Positions 49,540-60,441 of a DNA stretch of 64,000 nucleotides are shown piece after piece (the first letter of the stretch is position 1; every line of letters starts with the position of its first letter). The stretch is taken from assembly GCF_020745735.1 (NCBI RefSeq), contig NC_083419.1, positions 76,868,738-76,932,737 of the forward strand, given 5' to 3'. A program made the translations under genes and the position numbers. Under the pieces are notes generated by a model that searched no databases, was not told the origin of the DNA, and saw nothing but the letters and a program-made list of their open reading frames with translations. This DNA is from Hemiscyllium ocellatum (taxonomy: Eukaryota).

Positions 49540-50700
49540 AATTGCAGTCTGGTAAAAGAGCAGAAACATACATAGAGAGATTATCACAAATACACACGCA
49601 AAGACACATATACAGACTCTCACCTAAAGACAACTATTTACGTGCACACTCAAATATCCATATAGATAAGACGTCATACACGCATACATGCACGGAGCCA
49701 CACGTGCAAGTGATTTTTGAACACTCACCTAAGCTCTTAAAAAAACTCACATACACCGAAAGAAAAGCATTTGCACTAATGAACAGGGGTACTCTCACAT
49801 AACCATGAGAAACATAGAAACACGCTAACACACAAATGGACATGAATACATATACAAAAATACAGCATAATACATACAGACATACACACATGAACATACA
49901 GATACAAATTCCGAAAAATGTCCTCCCACATGTCGACTCACACAGGCACATAATTGCACAGAGATAAACATTAATATCATTATTTTCCCAATTTCAGTAT
50001 CACAAACATACGATGACAGAGGCATCTTAATTGGGTATTTTAAAACCACATTGATCAGCATGTATACAATGTCACACAGACACACAATTTCAGAGTCCCA
50101 CATGCAGTCACACAAGTGCATAAATCAAAAAATAGAGGGGCGTTTATTAAATAAGGATAATATGCACAAGCATCAGCAAGCATGCACAATTACACAAACA
50201 AGCTTATCAGGAGATGGTTTGGGAAGGATTGGCACAAAAGCAGACATCATCATATAAATATAAACATCCATCAAAACATGACTTTGAATGCTAACATTTA
50301 ATAAGCATAAACATGAAAATAACCTAGTGTAGGTAGGATCTGAAACAGACACATGAGCACTCATTTTAGATAGCACAATTGAAAAGTGAACACTCACAAA
50401 GACATTCCAAGATAAGCATAGTCATCAACGATGTAACATATTAGCATGATGATGGTTACACAATGTGAAAAGATCAAAATTTACGTACACAACCATATGA
50501 GCACACCAGCAGTAAAGGAACTGTGCACGAATGTGTTTGTTCGTGCACTGACTCCGACATGGGCAAGAGTGAAGCATGAGACTCTCATAACCACATACAC
50601 AAACATTAAAGGAACACCAAACACACCAAGCAGTGGATCAAATAAATTAAGGGACACATGTACAAAAACTTATTCCTAAATATACAGATCCTACAAATAA
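49540..50700. repeat. About 1.2 kb of CA-rich cryptic low-complexity sequence
   Basis: Dense ACAC/ACAT/CACA motifs; explains the Cys/Val-rich minus-strand ORFs. Confidence 0.75.
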
Positions 50701-51097
50701 AAATACGAAGCAATGTCCTGACTGTGATGTCAATTCTATTCATGAGTTGCCAAGCAAATAGTCATCAATACGTAAAGATGAGAATCACATTTGAAGTTTT
50801 ATTCAGTGATGGCCACACTTTTCAACTAAACTGCTGTCACAGCCTATATTTAAAATATAATGATATAATTAAATAATCATTTGTAATAAGCATCCCACAA
50901 ATAATAATATCTTCCAATGATAGATTACAAAAAATATAAATATTCTGACATGGACAATGAAGAAATAACGGGTTCAGTTACTGTTTGTAATTTCTTGCTG
51001 AGACTCAACAATGCACTAATAGTTGCAGATAAGAGTCACACTTGGGAAATACCTGACTGCTTTATGAAGATGTAATGATCTCTAATTGCACGACTTG

Positions 51098-51716
51098 CAT
51101 GGGAGGTGGGGAGATGTGTTGTTTTCGCAGGTGTAGCGAGAAGGTAGGTGGTGATGGTGGGCTTGAGTGTGGTGCTGGTGGGTCGGGAGGGGGATTAAAT
51201 CAGCAAGCACTAGGGAAATGTATAATTGGGTACTAACTTTAGTGCATAATTATTCTAGTAAATAATTTAGTCTCAGCAAAACAGCTGGGATAGCTGAAAC
51301 ACACGAACTAGGCAACTAAAGACACATTGTTAAAATGTATATTCAGGAATGGAATATACCTGTGAACAATGGAAGATTTTACAAGCAAACAGATAAAGTG
51401 ATAGGAACATCAAGATCCAAGTTTAGCAAAATCTTCCTAATGTCAGCACTTACAGATGGAAGGGTCGCCAACTTGGAGAAGGGGGGAAATAATAAGAGCG
51501 GATCGCAAGTTAGTCATAGAATAAAGTTGATTGGGAAATGTAGGAGTCAGAAGTGGTGACCTCATGCAGCTCAAAAGTATAACTGTGTACTAGTTTGAAT
51601 ATTCATTGCTCATTTGCTTCTGCATTTGATGTCTTTTCTTGCAAGATCATAAAATAAATTGTCTTGTTTCCAGTTTTGGTGGTCTCGTCTAAATTTTATT
51701 AAATTTGTTTCTAACA
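51098..51716 (+). repeat. ERV 5' LTR (619 bp)
   Basis: Aligns with 59071-59701; ends TTTCTAACA; AATAAA at about 51520 and 51653. Confidence 0.92.
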
Positions 51717-51720
51717 GATT

Positions 51721-51739
51721 TGGAGGCTCATCCCGGGAA
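51721..51739 (+). promoter_or_regulatory. Primer-binding site, tRNA-Pro-like
   Basis: TGGAGGCTCATCCCGGGAA versus the canonical Pro PBS TGGGGGCTCGTCCGGGAT, 4 nt after the LTR end. Confidence 0.75.
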
Positions 51740-51980
51740 TGCAAGCTCCAGTCGCTCGGCATTTTTGAGAAAACGGAGAAGGTGCACCTCGCTGATTTCG
51801 GCGGTCTCTAGTGCCCCTCCTTGCCGCAAGCGGCCTGTGCGAGCGTGATCGGGACTGAGAGACCCTGGAAAAAAGACAGGAAGACGCGGCGGTTTCGGTC
51901 AGGTGACTCTTGTGTGCACAAGATCCTGGGAAGAAAAGTCTTAAAAAATTTATCCAGGCGACCGGGGGAGGCAGCGGTAT

Positions 51981-52400
51981 TTGCTGCCAGTTGGATATAT
52001 CCGGGGATCCGGGGAACCGGGGTTCCGGTCGACGGGTGTTGGTTCTGTAATTGCTGCCAGTTGGATACATCCGGGAGTCTGGCAGCAGTATTTGCTGCCA
52101 GGTGGATGTATCCACGTATCTGGGCGACCGGAGTAGGTAGCGGTAGTTGCTGCCAGTTGGATAAATCTGGGTGACCGACATTGGTAGTTGCTGCCTGGTG
52201 GATATATCTGGGGATCCGTGGAACCGGGGTTCTGGGCGACAAGGTTGGGCGAATCCGGTCGAACAGTGTATGTAGTAGGAATTGCTGCCAGTTGGATTTA
52301 TCCGGGGATCTGGGGTTCTGGGGTTCTGGGCGACCAAGTTAGGTAAATCCGGTCGACCAGGGTAGGTAGCGGTAGTTGCTGCCAGTTGGATATATCCGGA
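51981..52400 (+). repeat. Seven-copy tandem repeat array in the ERV 5' leader
   Basis: Core TTGCTGCC(A/T)G(T/G)TGGAT at 51981, 52051, 52092, 52147, 52188, 52282 and 52376, with variable spacers. Confidence 0.9.
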
Positions 52401-52728
52401 TTTGCCGCAGGACGGGGCACGCTGAAACGACCAGGTAACTCTGTGCACAGACCATGGTTAAGAAAATGGACCTTTAACTATTCCCTTGGTGGTCGGAGAA
52501 GTACGAGAAGTACGGGAAATTGACAACATTTAAAATAAAATATTTAATTAGATAGATTAATTTGATGAGTAAGGTGTCTACGTGATTCGACCATGCAGCC
52601 TTAGACTGGTTGTTAAGAGGGGAAAACCCCCATGCGAAGATCAGTACACTGAAGTGGGCGTGGAAGAAGGTGACACCGGTCCTCAGTAAGGTTAATTAAA
52701 TTACATAAAGAAACGGCCGAGTGTTCAA

Positions 52729-54231
52729 ATGGGAAATAAGAATAGTCGTTTGTGTCGAAGGGGACATGAGAGGGACGTCTGAGGACCATATCCCAACACA
52801 CAGTCCTAAAGAAAAAATGTTAAGAGATTGGAAGTACAATCCTCGGATGCGAGGAAATGATAATAAAAACAAATGATAAAAAATTGTTGTTTCATCTGGA
52901 CAAAGGAAAGCATTAAACCTCCAAGTGTTTTTTTGGTCTAAATATGGGTCAGATGAAGATTGGCTATGTCAAGAGTTAAATATATATGTAAATAAGAAAC
53001 AACGATACTCCCGGAAAGAATCTGACTATATCACCTGTTGGATAGGAAGTCCGAAAATCTTTGTCTTGAAAAAGTCAAAGACAGAAGAAGGTGATGAGAA
53101 ACCAAAGGTTTCCCGTTGGGATCCTCTGTCAATTTTACCTCCCTCTTACGACAAAGACAATAATGGTCCGTCGTCGTCGTCGTCCCCCTCTCCCACAGCG
53201 CCCCCTCTCCAGTGCAATAAACTGAAAAGAGTCAAGAGAGAAACTTCCCCGTGAGTCCAATTAAAACTAGATCAACAGTGAAAAGGAGGGAGGAGTGGGA
53301 CATAGGCGGGGCAGCAACACATATATTACCTTAGGGAAGTACCTGTCGGTAACGGCGAAATCGGATATGTTAATGCACCACTGACTAGTAGTGAATTTAG
53401 AACCCTTAAAAAAGAAATGAAAAGTTTGATTGAGGACCCCGTACAATTGGCAGAACAGTTGGATCAACTTTTGGGGCCGAATTTGTATACATAGCGTGAA
53501 CTGATGAGCATTCTAGGGACGCTATTTTCAGGAGAAGAGAGGGGTATGATTAGAAGAGCTGCTCTAAAGGAATGGGAAAAGAGACATCCAGAGGGTAGGG
53601 GAGTAATACCAGCCGAAAACAAATTTCCCAATGTGGACCCTCATTGGAAGGGCATGGATGAACGCAAAAGGGGAGAAATTATAGACTTTCGAGAAATGGT
53701 CATTTGGGTATTAAAGAAGCAGCACCTCGATCTCAGAATTTTGTGAAAGTCTTTGAATTGAGACAGGAGAAAGATGAAACCCCGTCGGCATTCTTCCAGA
53801 GACTAAAAGAGGCTGCTAGAAAATATTTGTAAATGGATCCCAATGATCCGGTAGCTCAGGAAATTTTAAAGGTCCAGTTTGTGAGTAAATCATGGCCGGA
53901 CATACAAATGAAGTTACAGAAAATAAAAGGATGGAGTGAAAGACAGATGGGAGAAGTGTTACATGTGCACAGAAAGTGTATGTGAAAAGAGAAGACGAGA
54001 AACAAAAACAGAAAGCTAAAATAATGGTCGCAGCGGTTGAGGAAATTACGAAGAGAAGGTTAGAACCAAAAAACAACGGGAGGACAAGAGAGAAAGAGCG
54101 TAGATTGTAGAGAAAGAAGGCAACAGGCAGGATGTCATTACTGCTGAAAAGTAGGGCATTTTAAAAGGCAATGTCCAATGCTAGAACAATAAAGACAGGC
54201 AGTTTCATTGATGACGTTTGATGAAGAATAG
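52729..54231 (+). pseudogene. gag: ERV gag (frameshifts and stops)
   Basis: MGNKNS myristoylation-type start, FW.KYGSDEDWLC, MHR-like RQEKDETPSAFFQRLKE, CHYC*KVGHFKRQC zinc knuckle (54133-54174), TAG at 54229-54231. Confidence 0.9.
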
Positions 54232-57200
54232 GGGAGTCAGGGGTTCCTCCTCCATTGGGAATCCTTGATAAATTTAAAATGGGACCCGAAGGAGAAGAGG
54301 CAGTATTCTTGGTGGATACGGGAGCAGCACGGTAATCCCTAAGTTTTAGACGTAGCAGAGTTTAAATTGACTAACAAGGGTCTTAGGATTTCTGGAGTAA
54401 AAGGTGAAAAATTCTTAGTGCCCATTTTCAAGCCGACTGTAATAAAGGAAATAGCAAAGAAGTGAACGGACAATTATTATATATTCCTAACATTGAAAGC
54501 AATCTTTTGGGTAGAGATTTGATAATTTTGTTAAATTTAAAGATTGAAGTGGAGAATACTTCAGTAGCTCTGATGATCAATAAATTAACGATTAGTGACG
54601 AAGAACAGATAAATCCCAACGTGTGGGCAAGAGCTGGGAACTCAGGTTATTTGAACATTGATCCGATCGTAATTACACTCTCCCAAGAGAATTAAGACAG
54701 TAAGATTAAAACAGTATCCGGTTTCATTAGAGGGATGCAAGGGTCGACAACAAGTAATAGATTCTCTAGTTAAAGAAGGACTATTAGAACCATGCATGTC
54801 ACCCTTTAATACCCGAATACTACCCATCCGGAAACCAGATGGAACTTACCGACTGGTACAAGATCTCAGATCAGTGAACCGACTGGTCCTTACATGGCAC
54901 CCGGTGGTACCCAATCCATACACGCTTTTGAGTAAGATACTGTGTGATCATCGCTGGTTTAGTATAATGGATTTAAAAAGATGCATTCTTGGCTTGTCCT
55001 TTAGCCCCAGAAAGCCGCGACATGTTCGCTTTTGAGTGGGAAAACACATACACTGGCAGAAAACAACAGTTCCAATGGACAGTACTTTCCCAGGGATTCA
55101 CAATTTCACCTAATTTATTCGGACAAGTACTGGAACTAGTCCTGGAACAATGTAAAATGCCACAAGAGACGTCACTGTTGCAATATGTGGACGATCTACT
55201 TGTATCAGGACGAAAGATAAATTATGTAAGTTGGGCCACGAATGGACTGTTAAATTTCCTAGGGCAGCAGGGTTTAAGAGTATCTAGGAATAAATTGCAA
55301 TATGTCGAGAAAGAGGTGAAACTGACAGGGTCCGAATACTAAAGTCTGCATTGGACAGAAGAGGAGAAGGAAGTGTTACACGAGTTGAAGCGTAGTCTAA
55401 TACAAGCTCCAGTATTGGCCCTGCCGAGAGAAATCATTTCTCCTTTTTGTGACAGTAAATGATGGAGCAGCTTTAGGAGTGTTAACACAGAAAAGAAGGG
55501 GAAGGAGGTATCCCATAGCTTTCCTGTCTAAGATCTTGGACCCTGTCTCGAGGGAATCGCGTGAATGTATACAGGCAGTAGCAGCAACTGTCATATTGGT
55601 AGGGGAAAGTCGAAAACTTACTTTTGGAGTGGTGCTCGTCGTTAGAACCCCCCATCGAGTCAGAACTGTGTTAAAACAAAAGGCAGGGAGGTGGTTGACA
55701 GATTCTCGAATTTTAAAATACGAGGCCATCCTGATGGAGACAGATGACCTTGCATTAGCAACAGACACCTGTCTAAACCCAGCTACCTTCCTATGGAAGG
55801 GAGAACCTCTGGACAAACCAGAATTAGAACATAACTGGTTAGATATCATCGAGTATAAAACCAAAGTTACACAGGAACGAAGAGATATCCCCTTACATGG
55901 GGGACAGATTGTTTATAGATGGGTCATCGAGAGTAGTGGAAGGAAAAAGACACAATGGATATGCAGTAGTAGACGGTAATGAGAACCGAACAGTGGAAGC
56001 TGACCGGCTGCCTAACACATGGTCGGCCCAGACTTGTGAACTATACACTTTAAACCAAGCTTTAAAATACTTAGAGAATCGAGATGGAACAATTTACACC
56101 GACTCTAAATACGCTAACAGGGTAGTGCATACTTTCGGAAAGATATGGCAAGAACGAGGACTAATCAATAGTCAGGGGAAGGAATTAGTACACGAAGAGT
56201 TGATAGGACAAGTATTGAAAAGTTTGTAATTGCCCAGAGAAATAGCTGTCGACCATCTACACGGACATCAGAAAGGGAACATTCTAGAAGCAAGGGGAAA
56301 CAGACTATCAGACGAGACAGCCAAAGAGGCAGCTATGAACCATACAGCAACAAGGATACAGATTCTTACACCCCTAGTCGACTCTTCTTCTGTGATCCCT
56401 GTGTACACAGAAGAAGAGAAAAAAAGAATTCCAAGAAATAGGAGCCACTAAGACAAAGGAAGGTGGATCCTCCCGGATGGGAGGGAATTGTCGAGTAAAC
56501 CATTCATGAGAAACATCTTAGCCACTTTACGCCAGAGAAGTCATTGGGGCTCCCAAGCTATTATGTGACATAGTATTAAGGAAATATGGATGTTATGGAA
56601 TATATACGTTGACAAAACAGATATGTGAAAGGTGTGCAACTTGTCAGAAGATCAATAAGAAAGTAACAAGGGAAGGGCCAAAAGGAGGGAGAAACCCAGG
56701 GCGAGACCCTTCCAAAGTAGACAGATGGATTAGACTGAACAACCCCCAGCTGGAAAACAGAAGTACCTGTTTTTCCTCGTAGACCAGCTAATCAGGTGGG
56801 TGGAAGCTATCCCAATATCATTGGCCACCTCAAAAAGGGGTGGCAAAAACCTTCCTTGAACATATCATCCCACGATATGGAATCGTGGAAAGTATAGATT
56901 CAGACCAAGGTAGCCATTTTACTTCCAAGATCCGACAAGAAGTAATGGCAGGATTAGAGATCTCTTGGGAATTCCACACACCTTAGCACCCACCTTCCTC
57001 TGGACAGGCGGAACGAATGAATCAGACCTTAAAGAAACAATTATACAAGCTAGTCCGAGAGACTCAATTACCATGGACCAAAAATTTGCCTATTTCGCTA
57101 TTACGCGTTCGGAGTGCCCCAAGGCGAGTTATCGGCCTTTCTCTCATTAAATGATATTTGGGCTACCATTCCTGGGAGGGAAAAGGGGACGTGCCTACAG

Positions 57201-57538
57201 CTGAGTTTAATGACAAGTTTTTGAAAAATTATATTGTGGCACTTGGCTATTCATTATTTATTCTTAGGAATAAAGGCCTGTAGGTACAGACACCGCCACT
57301 TGAGTTTGCAGCACATCGCATACAGCCGGGTGATTGCGTCCTGATCAAGACCTGGAAAGATACTAAACTGCACCTGAGCTGGGAGGGACCATTCCTTACC
57401 CCCCTGACTACTGAGACAGCTGTCCAGACTGCTGAGAAAGGGTGGAGTCATCACACTCGCGTTCAAGTTCCTGTGTACGCCCCATCAGCGGAGTGGCAAG
57501 CTCATCCTCCAGACAACCCTCTGAAAGATAAGCTGTGA
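54232..57538 (+). pseudogene. pol: ERV pro-pol (protease, RT, RNaseH, integrase), disrupted, with an apparent deletion after the RT core
   Basis: LVDTGA (54315-54323), PILPIRKPDGTYRLVQDLR-type motif, SQGFTISP, QYVDDLL (55184-55195), LFIDGSS, IYTDSKYA, HLHGHQKG, SIDSDQGSHFTS. Confidence 0.93.
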
Positions 57539-57546
57539 AAAAAGGA

Positions 57547-58943
57547 ATGAACTAAGACAAAAGACTTTTTTTAACGCTCGATTGTTATTGATTGTGAAGG
57601 CTGCTTGGACTCACCACTCCCTGGCACCTAAAAGATTAAGACAGGTAGAGAGATGGGCAGGTACTGGTATAGTATTATAACATAAGTAGCATTAATTGTT
57701 CAAGGAGGAGGGAAAAATCACTTCACTTCACTATGCCAAGATTATGCTGAACAAAAAGGACTTGCCGACTGTTCGGTCTGAGCAGAGGCCCCACAACATA
57801 GCGAATCTGGGATCCCCATCTCGGTAATACCGCTCACCAAGAAGTGTACGATATACAACAATTTGACTCGGACGCAAATGATACAATGTGGAGTTTTGAC
57901 AGGGGTGAATATAACTTTGCGGGATGGTTCCTTAGACCAGCCCCGAAAAATCCAGGATGCTATCGATGGCGTTAGAGTTTCCCCACCGAAAGGAGCAGTA
58001 AATGCCACCTGTTTCTGTAATCAGAATGACGCCGCACCCTTCCAATTAGGAAAATCATCTTGTGTCTACACCAGCCAAACCACTACCACGACCATTCCCC
58101 TTATATTAAACGGAAGATGTTGGGTATGCGGCCTGAAGGTCTATCTATTTACTCCCGTGGAAAAATACATTCGCGTGACCGACTGTATAGAAATGCATGC
58201 ATGATATGATGTTGATGAAACACTGCCTCAAAGCCAGTAAAGCTGGGATGGCTGCTGTTACCTCGCTTATATAGTTCCTCACCTCCGATTAGAAAAACAT
58301 GAGCACAACCTGAGAAAGGAGGGGGGAATAAGACGTAAGGCCCGAGAGGTTTCTGAAGGAGACCACCTGTTGTGGACACTACTCCCAAACTATGGCGCTG
58401 CAAGGGCAGGGGTAGAAATACAGAAACTGGCAGCTGCCCTTGAGAAGTTAATTAATGTTACTGTCGACGCAATGCGAGAAAGCCAGTCCCAAATATCGGC
58501 TATAACCATCAAAATGTTTGCTACAAGACTAACAGCTTTACAGAATCGAATGGCTTTAAACTATCACTTGGCCGAAAAAAGGGGGAAATTATGCTCTGAT
58601 TAGTAAGGAATGCTGCACCTCCATCCCAGACACCTCTTCCACAGTGGAAGGGAAGGTAGAAATAGTTAAGAAAAAAGATAAAGAATATAAGAGAAACCGA
58701 GGATGAACTTCGAAGGATGAGAGATGTGAATGGGGCGACTGGGGACTGACTGGTTGGAGATCGTGGCTAGCTAATTTACGCATTTATGTATTACTGATAA
58801 TAATATGTCTAATCATAGGATTTAACGTGTTAAAGTGGATAATGAGTAAGTTGGCAATGTCTTTAGGAGGAGGAAAACAATCAATGTTGGTCATGACAAC
58901 AGCTCGCGCACAAGAAAGCAAGAGTAGCAGATTACTCCTATAG
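57547..58943 (+). pseudogene. env: ERV env (gamma-type TM subunit), disrupted
   Basis: CWVCG motif, RRKAR furin-like site (58331-58345), LQNRMALNYHLAEK immunosuppressive-domain-like stretch, degenerate x-ALISKECC (CX6CC-like), hydrophobic anchor near 58780-58850. Confidence 0.85.
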
Positions 58944-59070
58944 TTTGAAAAAGGCAGACTTAGGAGGGCAGAAATGGCAAGATTGTGAATCTCTGCACTT
59001 TAGGGAGAAAAGAAGGCATAAAATAAAATTGCAAAAACAACAAATGGTAAAAGAAAAGAAATGACGGCGT

Positions 59071-59701
59071 TGTGGGAGGTTGGGAGGTGTGTTGTTTTCG
59101 CAGATATAACGAGGAGGTGGTGATGGTAAGCTTGAGTGTGGTGCTGGTGGGTCGGGAGTGGGGGCAGCTGCAGACAATGATAAAATGAGCAAGCACCAGA
59201 GAAATGAATAATTGGGTATTAACTTTAGTGCATAATTATTCTAGTAATAATTTAGTCTCAGCAAAATAGCCGAGATAGCTGAAACACATAAACGAGCCAA
59301 GAAAAGACACATTGTTAAAATGTATATTCAGGAATGGAATTTACCAATGAACAATGGAAGATGTTACAAGCAAACAGATAAAGTGAAAGGAACATCAAGA
59401 TCCAAGTTTAGCAAAATCTTCCTTATGTCAGCACTTATAGACTGAAGGGTCGCCAACTTGGAAAAGCGGGGAAATAATAAGAGCGGATCGCAAGTTAGTC
59501 AGAGAATAAAGTTGATTGGGTAATGTAGGAATCAGAAGGGGTGACCTCACGCAGCTCATAAGTATAACTGTATACAAGTTTGAATGTTCATTGCTCATTT
59601 GCTTCTGCATTTGATGTCTTTTCTTGCAAGATCTTAGAATCAGTTGTCTTGTTTCCAGTTTCGGTAGTCTTGTCTAAATTTTATTTAATTTGTTTCCAAC
59701 A
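59071..59701 (+). repeat. ERV 3' LTR (631 bp)
   Basis: Starts TG after the purine tract AAAAGAAAAGAAA (about 59049-59061) and ends CCAACA; homologous to the 5' LTR. Confidence 0.92.
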
Positions 59702-59772
59702 ACTTGGATGCAGACAGATCGATCTGGATCAATAAACAATCTAACTGCGTTCTCTCGGCTTTATATTCATAG

Positions 59773-59900
59773 ATTCAATAGATTGCACTTGGATTGAAGA
59801 CTGTGAGGATGATAATAGCAACATCTGGACAACTGCTTCCACGTTCATCACCTTGTTCTTCCTGAGTATGTTCTACAGTGCTGCCGTCACTCTGGCGAAG
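59773..59900 (+). CDS. IGHM: IgM transmembrane exon TM1
   Basis: Branch-point-like CTAAC (59741), TAG acceptor, phase 1 matching the CH4 internal donor; [43 protein letters not shown] with the antigen-receptor TM motif; donor AAG|GTGAGA. Confidence 0.94.
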
Positions 59901-60040
59901 GTGAGAATGATCACATCTTTCACATGCCAAACAGCCCAATATGTTTTGTGAAATCTCTAAGTGTACCATTGAATAAAAAAATAAATCTGAAAGCCCCTGA
60001 TTAAAAACAAATGTGTCAATGCTTTATCACTCTTTTCCAG

Positions 60041-60049
60041 ATTAAGTGA
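60041..60049 (+). CDS. IGHM: IgM TM2 exon (IK-stop)
   Basis: TCTTTTCCAG|ATT AAG TGA gives the short K-I-K cytoplasmic tail typical of membrane IgM. Confidence 0.85.
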   Translation: MK

Positions 60050-60435
60050 ATGAATTGTGGAACCTTTGATTTTCCTGCTCTGCTTATCAAGGTCTCTGAA
60101 TTCCCAATCTAAAATCTGTCCAGTTGCTGGCTCGAACAGTGAGATAACTTCAGTTTATCAGCGTGTAACTGAGAAATTATTGATGGATTTTCCGCTTTAC
60201 TTTGATATCGTTGAGATGGTTGTGGTTGGAAGAATTTGTAGCTTTCCAGTTGTTTGAAGTCCATTTGTTTTGTTTTTATTTGTTCCTCATTCAGAACGTT
60301 TTCGTACCCTTTATGATGAGCCTTTGTATTCCCTTTCTTGTGACAGAAAATTCCCAGCTCACAGCGTATGTGTTCTCGTCACTTCTGTTAACTTTTACAT
60401 CAAATTTTTGGATAAAAATGCTTTCTGAAATGGTT

Positions 60436-60441
60436 AATAAA
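60436..60441 (+). promoter_or_regulatory. Candidate membrane-form poly(A) signal
   Basis: First AATAAA I found after the TM2 stop (about 390 nt); AT-rich context makes it weak. Confidence 0.35.

Larger units (their letters stand above)
51098..59701 (+). mobile_element. Full-length decayed endogenous retrovirus (class I, gamma/epsilon-like)
   Basis: Two homologous LTRs, ACTTG direct repeat at 51093-51097 and 59702-59706, PBS, gag-pro-pol-env remnants and a purine tract before the 3' LTR. Confidence 0.96.

Noticed and set aside
51711-52448. 245-aa minus-strand ORF and overlapping ORFs
   Set aside because: They are translations of the GC-rich leader tandem array with no recognisable domain.
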